Shown: piece after piece, positions 10,634-19,829 of the stretch | Position numbering within the stretch: position 1 is the stretch's first letter | Layout of the letters: each line of letters begins with the position of its first letter | NCBI GenBank assembly: GCA_028286615.1 | Contig: JAQBRG010000003.1 | Span: 83,330 to 147,329 of the forward strand | Direction of reading: 5' to 3' | Source of the DNA: Parcubacteria group bacterium | Lineage (GTDB): Bacteria > Patescibacteriota > Minisyncoccia > Phycocordibacterales > Phycocordibacteraceae | Length of the DNA: 64,000 nt | Position numbers and translations under genes: made by a program | Notes under the pieces: generated by a model | The model's input: only the letters and a program-made list of their open reading frames with translations | Told to the model about the DNA's origin: nothing | Databases searched by the model: none

Positions 10634-10750
10634 CCATATTCAACTTTAGAATATGTGTTGTGTCAAATAGGGCGCCGAGATTTCAACTCGACCAATAAAA
10701 TATGCGCCCCGCCTCATTGGAGACAGGGCGCACAGTATTTCGCCTTGGCG

Positions 10751-11140
10751 TTAGTTGGAGGCCAGGGCGAGCTCCGTCGAGGGCTGCTTGCCGTCGACCC
10801 TGACCATCGTGATGCCGTTGGCGATCAGGATGATGGCGATCGCGATCAGGCCGAGGGTCGGGTTGCCGTCGGGGCTGCTTTCCGCGAAGGTCGCGTGATT
10901 CGCGACGAGCGTGAAAGCGATCGCGGTCTCGCAGACAGCCAGGATGCCGATCATCGGATTGTTCTGGCGCATGGCGACGAACAGCATATGGATAGCGCCG
11001 GCGAAGATCATGAAGGCGAACGCGGTCCGCCAGACATTCTCGAACGACGACATCATCTGCATATCCGCCGACATGACGACTGCGAAGACGCCGACAAATG
11101 CGAACGCGGAACCAGTGAACGAAAAGAACTTGCTAAACAT
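10751..11140 (-). CDS. Small integral membrane protein (about 4 TM helices) in a GC-rich islet
   Basis: Hydrophobic 129-aa ORF, about 62% GC, strongly GC3-biased codons. Confidence 0.5.
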   Translation of the reverse strand: MFSKFFSFTGSAFAFVGVFAVVMSADMQMMSSFENVWRTAFAFMIFAGAIHMLFVAMRQNNPMIGILAVCETAIAFTLVANHATFAESSPDGNPTLGLIAIAIILIANGITMVRVDGKQPSTELALASN

Positions 11141-11248
11141 CTGAAGTCTCCTGTTGAACCTATGGTTAGATTATACATGAATGCGTCATATTGTCAATAC
11201 GTACAGGACTTTAGCCTAACCAACGAGCTTTTAGGCTAGAATGGCAAC

Positions 11249-11875
11249 ATGGTCCGCAAGCCCGACGTTAAGCGAGAGAAACTTATACACGTAACTCTAA
11301 ACCCAGCCGCCAAGGTGTATTTGGAAGAATCGCTCGTTGTAGGAGCAAATCTCGGCAACGCAAAGTTAGAGAAGCTTTCGCTTGAAAAGTGCGTGGTTGA
11401 AAGCAGTAGTTTTAATACAACAAACGTAGCTGAGTCAGAGGTGTCAGACACCATCTTTGAGAAGTGCGATTTAACTGCCGCAGCCTTCTACGAAGCAAGG
11501 CTTGATAGGGTTCTTATAAAGTCCACGCGTTTCCAAGGGGCAACTCTTGCTGAATCCGAACTGCATGATGTGCACTTCTCTTCTTCAAAGCTCGACGGAG
11601 CTAACTTCAGATACAGCAAACTAACAGATGTGCTCTTTGAGAAATGCGAAATGGTTGAATGCGATTTCCTTGGGGCAGAGCTTGAGAATGTGGAGTTTCG
11701 TAACTGCAATTTAAAGGAATCCCAATTCCTTTCAGCAAAGCTCTATGAGGTGCAGTTCCCTGGCTCAAACATTGAGAATATCCAAATAGGTAAGACGAGC
11801 ATGGAGAATGTAACCGTCTCAACAGACCAGGCTCTATACCTCTCTGGTGCGCTTGGTCTAAAGATTAAAGACTAG
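11249..11875 (+). CDS. Pentapeptide-repeat protein
   Basis: Tandem A(D/N)LXX-type pentapeptide repeats (CDLTAAAFYEARLDRV..., ANFRYSKLTDVLFEKCEMVECDFLGAELENVEFRNCNLKESQF). Confidence 0.7.
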   Translation: MVRKPDVKREKLIHVTLNPAAKVYLEESLVVGANLGNAKLEKLSLEKCVVESSSFNTTNVAESEVSDTIFEKCDLTAAAFYEARLDRVLIKSTRFQGATLAESELHDVHFSSSKLDGANFRYSKLTDVLFEKCEMVECDFLGAELENVEFRNCNLKESQFLSAKLYEVQFPGSNIENIQIGKTSMENVTVSTDQALYLSGALGLKIKD

Positions 11876-11877
11876 CT

Positions 11878-12105
11878 ATGCGCAGAATATTTAGTGCTCT
11901 CGGCTGGTTTGTCCTAAAACTCCTCACCCGAAATCCCCTCCTGCACCCTCTCTGGGCTTGGATACGCACCTGTACACGAAAGGTTAAGCATAGAACTGAA
12001 GCAGAAGCCGTTGCCCAAGCAAGGCGTCTTGATCCCTCGCTACACGCATATAAGTGTCCGTACTGCAGAAAGTGGCACGTAGGACATAACAAAAGATCCC
12101 GCTAG
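11878..12105 (+). CDS. Small basic protein with a CxxC...H zinc-ribbon-like motif (KCPYCRKWHVGH)
   Basis: 75-aa ORF starting 3 nt after the pentapeptide gene stop, followed by a terminator. Confidence 0.35.
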   Translation: MRRIFSALGWFVLKLLTRNPLLHPLWAWIRTCTRKVKHRTEAEAVAQARRLDPSLHAYKCPYCRKWHVGHNKRSR

Positions 12106-12124
12106 ACGGGATCTTTTGTTTCTT
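12091..12124. terminator. Bidirectional rho-independent terminator
   Basis: AAAA-GATCCCGCTAGACGGGATC-TTTTGTTTCTTCTT. Confidence 0.65.
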
Positions 12125-12131
12125 CTTTGTA

Positions 12132-12545
12132 CTAAACGGCAGGAGCTGGAGTTGGTGCGGGAGCTGCTGCACTTCCAAGCAACCCTTCAATCTTTGCAAC
12201 AATTTCTTCAATAGCAACTTCGGCTTTGATGAGGTAGTCGTTTGCTCCAAGAGACTTTGCCCTATCAATATCCTTCTGCTGTCCTAGGTTTGAGACAACG
12301 ATAACGGGAGTGTCTTTAACCTCGTCAGTTCGCTTTCGGATGGTTTCAAGCACGGTAAAGCCATCCATGGTTGGAAGCATGAGATCGAGGAGAATAAGAG
12401 CCGGGTGGTTCTGCTCAATAAGAGTAAGTGCTTCAGCTCCATCACTTGCGTAGAGAGTCTGGTATTTGCCAGCAAACGTGTGCCCTAGGAGGTTTTTGAG
12501 AACTGGGTCGTCTTCAACCACGAGGATGAATTTGGTTTCGGTCAT
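12132..12545 (-). CDS. Stand-alone response-regulator receiver domain (CheY-like) with a Pro/Ala-rich tail
   Basis: VVEDDPVL...LILLDLMLPTMDGF...VIVVSNLG...K motifs. Confidence 0.8.
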   Translation of the reverse strand: MTETKFILVVEDDPVLKNLLGHTFAGKYQTLYASDGAEALTLIEQNHPALILLDLMLPTMDGFTVLETIRKRTDEVKDTPVIVVSNLGQQKDIDRAKSLGANDYLIKAEVAIEEIVAKIEGLLGSAAAPAPTPAPAV

Positions 12546-12559
12546 AGGCAGAGTATACC

Positions 12560-13660
12560 CTACGCAGCCGCAGCAGCTAGAGGGAGGGAAAGTGAGAAGG
12601 TAGTGCCCGGGCCGTCAGTATTTGTAGCAAAGTTAAGGTCCCCTCCGTGGTCTGTAGCAATGGTGCGGGCAATATAGAGCCCCAGCCCGTTACCAGCATT
12701 CTCCTTAGCAACCGCGTTCTGTGCCCTGTAGAAGCGTTCAAAGATGTTGGACTTGTCTCCAGACTGAATACCAATACCGGTGTCACGCACATGTACGTAT
12801 ACGCGAGATCCGCTCATCTCAAGTGAGACGCGCACACTTCCTCCTACAGGTGTGTAGCGAATAGCATTCTCAACAATATTGTTAAGTACCCATTTAATAC
12901 GTTCCTGGTCTGCGCGCACTGGAGCTATAGGAATTTGTGGCGGAACAAAGTTCAAAGAAACCTGACTGCGTCCTGCAAGCTCCATGAAGTCACGCACCAC
13001 GTCCTGTGTTGTGCGCATGAGATCGGTAGAGACAAACAGGTACTTGTACTTGCCCGACTCAATACTTGAGATATCAAGTAGCGTACCCACAATGTTAACC
13101 AGCTGATGGCTCTTTTCTGTAGCGCTCGTAACAAGAGCTTTCTGGTCTGGTGTAAGCGGTTCTTTCTCAAGTGCCTCAAGTGCCCAACGGATACCTGTGA
13201 GCGGCGTTCTGAACTGATGCGCCGCAGTTGATATGAAGTCGGACTTCACGCGTGACACTTCAAGGTCTCGCGCATGTGCTTGCTCAACTCCATTAGCGAA
13301 GTTCGTAAGGACGTCGGCAAGCTTACGAATCTCTGTAGGCGCATCCTGGAGAGCTGCGAAGTCGAGACGTTCGTTGTGTGACGTAAATGCCTCAAGACTA
13401 GCAACGATATTGCGAAGAGGCTTAACCACGTAATGGCTAAAGATCCATATAAGAAGAACGAGAAGCGCGAGAAGAGATATGAGAAGCAGTACTGATTGCC
13501 CTGCCAATACAGTCTCGAGTATCTGTACGTTTACACTGCTGCTGTCAGGAAACATGCCGAGCACATGCTGCTGTATGTACTGGCTTGTGAGGAAGATAAC
13601 GGCACCTCCCCAGAGGAGGAGGACAACTCCAAGCAATACCAGGAACTTCCTTAGACTCAT
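12560..13660 (-). CDS. Sensor histidine kinase (2 TM, HisKA plus HATPase_c)
   Basis: H-box AAHQFRTPLTGIRWALEAL; G-boxes VRDTGIGI...GNGLGLYIARTI. Confidence 0.85.
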   Translation of the reverse strand: MSLRKFLVLLGVVLLLWGGAVIFLTSQYIQQHVLGMFPDSSSVNVQILETVLAGQSVLLLISLLALLVLLIWIFSHYVVKPLRNIVASLEAFTSHNERLDFAALQDAPTEIRKLADVLTNFANGVEQAHARDLEVSRVKSDFISTAAHQFRTPLTGIRWALEALEKEPLTPDQKALVTSATEKSHQLVNIVGTLLDISSIESGKYKYLFVSTDLMRTTQDVVRDFMELAGRSQVSLNFVPPQIPIAPVRADQERIKWVLNNIVENAIRYTPVGGSVRVSLEMSGSRVYVHVRDTGIGIQSGDKSNIFERFYRAQNAVAKENAGNGLGLYIARTIATDHGGDLNFATNTDGPGTTFSLSLPLAAAAA

Positions 13661-13684
13661 TAGAAAAATACTAGCACGCTTCTG

Positions 13685-16600
13685 CTACCGCCTTTTTCGT
13701 GGTGTGCTTTTCTTCTTCGGTTCCCCGCCTTCAAGGGAGTAGATTTCGTCTCGTATAAGCGCTGCTGTTTCAAAATCCAGTGCCTCGACCGCTTCTTCCA
13801 TCTGTTTGCGCTTGTCTTTAATAAAGGCAACCGGGTCTTCCTTGTACAACTTCTCGTCTAGAGAGAGAAGCGAGTGGACGGTCTTCTGATGTTCGCTACG
13901 CATGGTTTCAGCAATGTCTCGAATTTCCTTCTTAATTGTTACGGGTGTTATGCCGTGCTTGTCGTTGTACGCCTTTTGTATAGTACGGCGGCGGTTAGTC
14001 TCTCCAATTGCGCGCTCCATTGAACCGGTCATAACATCGGCATAGAGAATAACCTTGCCTAGGATATTTCGGGCAGCGCGTCCGATAGTTTGAATGAGCG
14101 AGGTTTCAGAACGAAGGAACCCTTCCTTGTCAGCATCAAGAATTCCCACGAGTTCAACCTCAGGAAGATCGAGTCCTTCGCGAAGAAGGTTCACACCCAC
14201 AAGTACGTCAAAGTCCCCCTTACGGAACGCGGTGAGAATCTCAATACGTTCTATCGTCTTAATGTCGCTATGCAGGTATTCAGCTTTTATCTTCCTCTCG
14301 CGAAGGAATTCGGAAAGATCCTCTGCCATCTGTTTGGTTAGAGTTGTGGCAAGGGCACGGCCTCCACGCTTAATTACAATCTCAGCTTCGTGGATGAAGT
14401 CTGCCACCTGTCCCTTGTAGTCTCCGCTTTCAACAATTGGCTTAACCTCAAGCTCTGGGTCTATAAGTCCGGTAGGACGAATGATCTGCTCAACAACCTG
14501 TCCGTTGGGAGCAACGCTATGTTCGCGCTCGTAATTGCCTGGAGTAGCGGTGGTGTAGATAGTCTGGCCAATGCGTTTCTCAAACTCATCGAACTTGAGT
14601 GGACGGTTGTCGCGAGCTGATGGCAAACGGAATCCGTGCTCAACAAGCACGTCTTTGCGCGAGCGGTCTCCCGCATACATACCACCAACCTGAGACACCG
14701 TTACGTGCGACTCGTCGATAATAGTAAGGAAGTCAGGGGTGCCGTCCTTCTTGTGCGGGAAGTATGAAAGCAGGGTGTGTGGAGGGTCTCCAGGAGCTCG
14801 TCCATCAAAGTGTCGCGAGTAGTTCTCAATGCCGCTCGTATAGCCAATCTCACGAATAAGCGCGAGATCATGCAGGGTACGGCGTTTGATACGTTCTGCC
14901 TCAAGAAGCTTCTCTTCTCGCTTGAAGTGCGCAAGCTGCTCATCTAGCTCCCTTTTGATATCTTCGATTGCGCGGTTGCGATCGTCTTCGCTCGTAACGA
15001 AGTGTTTGGCTGGGAAAATAAACAGGGAATCTGGTTCTGCGGTCTTGGCGCGTGATACCGGATCCAAGCATTCAATGCGCCCTACCACATCCCCATCAAA
15101 GGTTATGCGGAATATGGAACGTTCGTTCGTTGGCATGAGTTCAACTGCGTTTCCAACTGCACGAAGCTTGCCGGGTTCAAGGTCTGCGTTCGTACGTTCG
15201 AAATAGATACCGACGAGTTTGCGAATAAGAGCTGCACGATTCTCTTCTGTACCCTTAATAACCTTTACGTGTCGCTTCTCGTATTCCTGGGGTGAACCAA
15301 GACCATAGATTGCAGAGACGGAGGCTACGATAATAACGTCGCTGCGTGTGAGGAGAGATTGTGTAGCTGCGTGGCGAAGACGGTCAATCTCAGCATTGAT
15401 CTGTGCCTCCTTTTCTATATAGGTATCAGAGTGAGCGATATATGCTTCCGGCTGGTAGTAGTCATAGTAGGAAACGAAGTAGTGCACTTCGTTCTCGGGA
15501 AAGAATTCACGATACTCTTGGGCTAGCTGAGCTGCCAAAGTCTTGTTATGCGCCATCACCAAAGTTGGCTTTCCGAAGTTGGCTATTACGTTAGCTGCAG
15601 TATATGTATTATGGACAAACATACCACCGCGTCCAGCAAGGAAAGTTTCATTGCCGTCAACGGCGAAGTCGTAGACCTTGCCAGTACCATGTATCTTTTC
15701 AATACTTTGCACAGGTGTCCAGAATAGATTCAGAAGTACTTCCCAGTTATCAACAATTTCTTTAACAGCTGAAATTGACTCATGTGTCTTAAAGAAAGCT
15801 ACAAGCTTCTTTGTCACTGAGTAGGAAGGCTTACGTATACCCGTTTCTAACATAGACATATACGAACGCTCGATACCGCAAGCTGCGGCTACGTCTCTTT
15901 GATGTAGAGACAGTAATGTCCTTAGCTCTTTAATCTGTAAGCCTTGTATAGGTATGAGATCTACGTTTGTATTAGCAGACGGAGGAATTATTTTTTCAAG
16001 TGCTTTTTGTTTACGCGGTAAGAAGAATCCAATTTCCTCCTGAAATCGTTCAAGGCTGTCTTTACCGGAAATACTAATCTTCCATACCTCGTTTCTAAAG
16101 GTTTTTCCGGGAACTTTAACCATTTTTCTCTTTAGGCGTGCAACGATACCAAACCGAAGAAGCGCGTATAACAATTCTGACGCAAGCTTTTTACTTACCG
16201 TAGAAGCAGATACGATATTTTTATCTACCCCGCCATCTGCAGAGAAATAGGCGCTTAGTAGCTGGGCAAGCTGTGCATTCGACAATTCATTCCAGAATGG
16301 TGGAAGCTGCTTGGTTTGGGAATGGCTACCGCACCATTCTGCTAGAACGTCATGCCATAACAGACTATTTATTTGATAGTCGTATGTGCCTGGTCGGTGA
16401 CTGAAGGTCATGCCACGCAGAGTTACCTCTTTGCGCACGTCCTCAACGATTTCCTCATCACCTGACGAAATCGTCAAATATTTTCCAGTAGCGTGTCCTT
16501 CACCTATATAGAAGCCGAGGAGTCGCAAAAATGAAGGAGTTATTACTTGGATGGGTGAGGTTGCAAGTTTTAAAGAACGGCTTCCAAGCATCATTAGATT

Positions 16601-17314
16601 AGGAGCGACTAACTGAACTGATGCTAATGATGCTCGTTCGCCCAATGCAACGCGGTGGCGTTTGTAGTAAGGGAGTGTTGAGAGAAATTCATTACCCCAT
16701 CCACTGATACCGACAGGGGCGGCATAAAAAGAGTGCGCTGATCTTAACAAGACAGGAGTTACATTTACCTCTTTTAATTCTTGTGTAGGTCCATCTATGA
16801 ATCTTGGTACTGGAAGAAAGTCTCCAGCCCTAACATCCTCTGTTTTCAAAAGTATTAGCGTGCCGTCTCGCAAGACGTAAAAGTTATGGTCGCCCGTCGC
16901 AGTCACTTTCCTCCCACAGCTGCTTTCTATATCCCAGAGTTCTTCTGGCGAATGATGTCTGGATACTTGCGTAATTTGCTTCCAGGAGGATTTTCCAGTC
17001 GTAGGGTTTACGCTATACGTTTCTATATCTAAGAACTCAGTCTCGAGTAGCTCAGTATCTCCAAGCAATAAAGCCTCGTCTTGGTAGCGTATAAACAAAT
17101 CGTCAACATAGTCTCCGATAGCCAAGCATTCTGAACGGCTTTTATCACGTACGAGTACTGCTGTATCAGGAGTGACGCTCTTTCCAGAACCCGTAACTCC
17201 GAGCAAGGTCTGGTGCCGCATGCCCTTTTTAAGACCTTCGGTTAGTTTGGCTATGGCAGCCGGCTGGTCGCCGGCAGCGGGAAATGGAATATGGAGCTTA
17301 AATTGACCGTTCAT
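13685..17314 (-). CDS. uvrB: Excinuclease ABC subunit B interrupted by a 524-aa intein. The mature extein is about 685 aa.
   Basis: N-extein ...QTLLGVTGSGK; C-extein TYTAANVIANFGKPTLVMAHNKTLAAQLAQEYREFFPENEVHYFVSYYDYYQPEAY..., and UvrB helicase motifs to the C-terminus. Confidence 0.9.
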   Translation of the reverse strand: MNGQFKLHIPFPAAGDQPAAIAKLTEGLKKGMRHQTLLGVTGSGKSVTPDTAVLVRDKSRSECLAIGDYVDDLFIRYQDEALLLGDTELLETEFLDIETYSVNPTTGKSSWKQITQVSRHHSPEELWDIESSCGRKVTATGDHNFYVLRDGTLILLKTEDVRAGDFLPVPRFIDGPTQELKEVNVTPVLLRSAHSFYAAPVGISGWGNEFLSTLPYYKRHRVALGERASLASVQLVAPNLMMLGSRSLKLATSPIQVITPSFLRLLGFYIGEGHATGKYLTISSGDEEIVEDVRKEVTLRGMTFSHRPGTYDYQINSLLWHDVLAEWCGSHSQTKQLPPFWNELSNAQLAQLLSAYFSADGGVDKNIVSASTVSKKLASELLYALLRFGIVARLKRKMVKVPGKTFRNEVWKISISGKDSLERFQEEIGFFLPRKQKALEKIIPPSANTNVDLIPIQGLQIKELRTLLSLHQRDVAAACGIERSYMSMLETGIRKPSYSVTKKLVAFFKTHESISAVKEIVDNWEVLLNLFWTPVQSIEKIHGTGKVYDFAVDGNETFLAGRGGMFVHNTYTAANVIANFGKPTLVMAHNKTLAAQLAQEYREFFPENEVHYFVSYYDYYQPEAYIAHSDTYIEKEAQINAEIDRLRHAATQSLLTRSDVIIVASVSAIYGLGSPQEYEKRHVKVIKGTEENRAALIRKLVGIYFERTNADLEPGKLRAVGNAVELMPTNERSIFRITFDGDVVGRIECLDPVSRAKTAEPDSLFIFPAKHFVTSEDDRNRAIEDIKRELDEQLAHFKREEKLLEAERIKRRTLHDLALIREIGYTSGIENYSRHFDGRAPGDPPHTLLSYFPHKKDGTPDFLTIIDESHVTVSQVGGMYAGDRSRKDVLVEHGFRLPSARDNRPLKFDEFEKRIGQTIYTTATPGNYEREHSVAPNGQVVEQIIRPTGLIDPELEVKPIVESGDYKGQVADFIHEAEIVIKRGGRALATTLTKQMAEDLSEFLRERKIKAEYLHSDIKTIERIEILTAFRKGDFDVLVGVNLLREGLDLPEVELVGILDADKEGFLRSETSLIQTIGRAARNILGKVILYADVMTGSMERAIGETNRRRTIQKAYNDKHGITPVTIKKEIRDIAETMRSEHQKTVHSLLSLDEKLYKEDPVAFIKDKRKQMEEAVEALDFETAALIRDEIYSLEGGEPKKKSTPRKRR
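15608..17179 (-). mobile_element. Intein (Hint domain, LAGLIDADG homing endonuclease and internal HTH) inserted in the UvrB Walker-A/P-loop (GSGK|T)
   Basis: Intein begins SVTPDTAVLV (block A, Ser1); TATGDHNFYV (block B, TxxH); LLGFYIGEGH and LLSAYFSADGGVD (two LAGLIDADG motifs); HTH-like RDVAAACGIERSYMSMLETGIRKPS; ends ...VYDFAVDGNETFLAGRGGMFVHN followed by extein Thr+1. Confidence 0.8.
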
Positions 17315-17371
17315 ACGCCTATTGTATAGTCGAATGTAGAAGATTGCATTAACTTCAGAAAGGCTTTCCTG

Positions 17372-17719
17372 ATGGTTAGTATTGAGCAGATAGATTTGGA
17401 CTTCTGTCCCAACCTCAACATATTACGAACTTTAATCCTCGCAACAGAAGCGGCGCAAAAACACCTGCATGGCAGCGAGCCATTCCTGATTGCAGAAAAT
17501 GGCAGTATTTCAGATATTGAGTCCTTTCAGATTACTTTGCTATTAAATCCAATCGAGCCGGGATTTGTGAGTTTCCGGTCTCAGCTTGAGGCAGTTTATT
17601 TAGCTCACGAGAAATGTACCTTGAGTGTCAGTGATATTGAGACACTTAACTCCCGTGCAGAATCCGCAGTACTTACGACAATGGATATGATTAGCAACCC
17701 TCTGAATCATACTCAATAA
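17372..17719 (+). CDS. Hypothetical protein (115 aa)
   Basis: ORF between divergent uvrB and tgt, followed by a terminator. Confidence 0.4.
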   Translation: MVSIEQIDLDFCPNLNILRTLILATEAAQKHLHGSEPFLIAENGSISDIESFQITLLLNPIEPGFVSFRSQLEAVYLAHEKCTLSVSDIETLNSRAESAVLTTMDMISNPLNHTQ

Positions 17720-17737
17720 CAAGTAACGCAGAAATAA

Positions 17738-17770
17738 AAGGCCGGTCCCAAGGGACCGGTTATTTTCTTA
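17738..17770. terminator. Bidirectional terminator
   Basis: AAAAGGCCGGTCCCAAGGGACCGGTTATTTTCTTA. Confidence 0.6.
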
Positions 17771-18988
17771 TGTGTAATAGTCTCGAACGAAGTCTTCTCT
17801 ATACTGCTCAAATGTTCCATTCAAAATAGCTTCTCGTGCATCGTCCACGAGTTTAATAATGAACCCAAGGTTGTGCATGGAGGCAATAATAGAACCGAGC
17901 ATTTCTCCGGAACGAAGGAGGTGCGACACGTAGGCACGTGTAAAAGTCTCGGTGCCGGGGATAACTGTCTCTGAGTCTAGAGGCGTTAAATCTTTCTGGT
18001 ATTTCTCTGCTTTAAGACTGATGGGACCTCGACGAGTATAGATAGTGCCATGTCGTCCGTGACGCGTTGCTGCAACACAATCAAAGGTATCCATACCTTC
18101 AGCGATTCCAAGCAATAGATCTCCTGGCTCTCCAATGCCAAGGAAGTGTCGCGGCTTCTCTTCTGGCAAGTGTTTAACTGCGGCTTGAAGTGCACCCATC
18201 ATATCTTCTTTGCTGAAGGACCCTCCAATACCAAATCCATCGAAATCCATAGATGCAATTTCTTTAGCACTTTCTTCTCGAAGATCTTCGTGGCGTCCTC
18301 CCTGCACAATGCCAAAGATTGCCTGCTTGCGGTTTGCCTCTAGATTCTGTCGATGTGCTTTAAGAGATCGTTCGGCCCAACGATGCGTACGCTCCATTGC
18401 TTCCTTCTGATATTCATAGCTTTCGGTTGGTGCCGTGCATTCGTCAAACGCAAAGAACATGTCTGCTCCAAGCGCATGCTGTATTTCAATAGAACGTTCG
18501 GGCGTAAAGCGATGGAGGGATCCGTCGAGATGCGAAGTGAAGGTAACGCCCTCGTCGTCAATAATAGCGAGCTGCCCGTGTTGGCTTTGTACGTCTTCGT
18601 CAAAGACAGCAACACCTTGTTCTCGAGGTTTCTCTTCTCCTTTAGCAATCTTGGTTATGGTTCTCCCAAACGCAGCTCCGAGCGAGAAGACTTGGAAGCC
18701 TCCTGAATCGGTCATGGTTGGTCCGTCCCACCCCATGAACATTCCAAGTCCTCCCGCATCCTTAACAAGTTGCTCTCCGGGCTGAAGATAGAGGTGGTAC
18801 GTGTTCGCAAGGACAACTTGTGCGCCAAGACCCTTGAGTTGTTCCGGAAGCACACCCTTAACTCCGGCCTTGGTACCGACAGGAACAAATACGGGGGTCT
18901 TAATATCTCCATGTGGGGTATGGATAATACCTGCCCGGGCGCGGCCATGTCGCTTTTGTATCTCAAAAGAGATGGGTCTCATACCCAA
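17768..18988 (-). CDS. tgt: Queuine tRNA-ribosyltransferase
   Basis: 406-aa ORF with Tgt-like sequence throughout (TIM barrel, zinc site). Confidence 0.85.
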   Translation of the reverse strand: MGMRPISFEIQKRHGRARAGIIHTPHGDIKTPVFVPVGTKAGVKGVLPEQLKGLGAQVVLANTYHLYLQPGEQLVKDAGGLGMFMGWDGPTMTDSGGFQVFSLGAAFGRTITKIAKGEEKPREQGVAVFDEDVQSQHGQLAIIDDEGVTFTSHLDGSLHRFTPERSIEIQHALGADMFFAFDECTAPTESYEYQKEAMERTHRWAERSLKAHRQNLEANRKQAIFGIVQGGRHEDLREESAKEIASMDFDGFGIGGSFSKEDMMGALQAAVKHLPEEKPRHFLGIGEPGDLLLGIAEGMDTFDCVAATRHGRHGTIYTRRGPISLKAEKYQKDLTPLDSETVIPGTETFTRAYVSHLLRSGEMLGSIIASMHNLGFIIKLVDDAREAILNGTFEQYREDFVRDYYT

Positions 18989-19121
18989 ACCCTAGCGGGA
19001 AGCCTGTATAAGAGCAAGGAATAAAGCCATGTTTGTTACTTGACAAAGTGTCAAGGTGTGCCTATAATAGTTCTCAGAGGGCACATGTTCTCGACAATTT
19101 TTTCCTAGAGGAGAGATCCAC

Positions 19122-19760
19122 GTGAGTGTTAAATCTTTTGGGGCTCTGGCCCTCGGTATCGTCGCTCTTGCGCTTGGCGCTTGCTCGACGACCCAGTACG
19201 CCGGCTACAGCAGGGATCCCCTGGCTGTGACGGCGATCTTCCAGAACGAAGACTGCGACCAAAGCGGCTGCGAATTCGGCTCCAACAAGAACCCGAAACG
19301 TCTGATCCCTGCTGAGGCCGCCGCCGGCATCACCCACTATGGGATGACGTGCGCCCAGGACACCGCCAAGCAAGTTGCCGGCCCAGTCCAAGCGACCGTC
19401 GACGGTATCGTTCCGAACGCGGCCGCAAGCGGCTTCGGCCTGCGCACCGGCATTCCCTACGTGAAGGGAAATCCTGCAAAATACGGCGCCTATGGGGCCG
19501 TGGTCGGAGCGTTCGGTGGCGCCAACTCTGGCGCCACCACCGGGGCGTTCTCCTCGGCCACCACGCGAGGCAAATGCGTCGACGACAAGTTCGCCGACGC
19601 CGGAGCCAAGGCCTTCCCTGGCACGCACACGGCAACCGTGACGGCCGGCAAGAAGATCGGCGCCAAGCTCGAACTCGACGAGACGCCGGTCCTGGACGCC
19701 TACTACAAGGAAAAAAACAGCACGCCCGATTCGGCCAAGAAGCCGCAAGAAGGCAGCTAA
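19122..19760 (+). CDS. Lipoprotein (signal peptide plus lipobox LGAC), about 63% GC, likely horizontally acquired; GTG start
   Basis: GGAGAG Shine-Dalgarno site then GTG; MSVKSFGALALGIVALALGAC; Gly/Ala-rich; GC far above the local background; strong terminator follows. Confidence 0.6.
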   Translation: MSVKSFGALALGIVALALGACSTTQYAGYSRDPLAVTAIFQNEDCDQSGCEFGSNKNPKRLIPAEAAAGITHYGMTCAQDTAKQVAGPVQATVDGIVPNAAASGFGLRTGIPYVKGNPAKYGAYGAVVGAFGGANSGATTGAFSSATTRGKCVDDKFADAGAKAFPGTHTATVTAGKKIGAKLELDETPVLDAYYKEKNSTPDSAKKPQEGS

Positions 19761-19782
19761 ACACCTACGGGTGCAAAGCGAA

Positions 19783-19823
19783 GACCCGGGTGTCATCACT
19801 GACACTCCGGGCCTTCTTTTTAT
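19783..19823 (+). terminator. Rho-independent terminator
   Basis: CCCGGGTGTCA-TCAC-TGACACTCCGGG followed by CCTTCTTTTTAT. Confidence 0.6.
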
Positions 19824-19829
19824 ACTTCT

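Noticed and set aside
10625-11239. Plus-strand 204-aa ORF in the track
   Set aside because: It is antisense to the GC-rich membrane-protein gene, with Arg/Asp-rich composition typical of GC-rich antisense frames and no ribosome-binding site.
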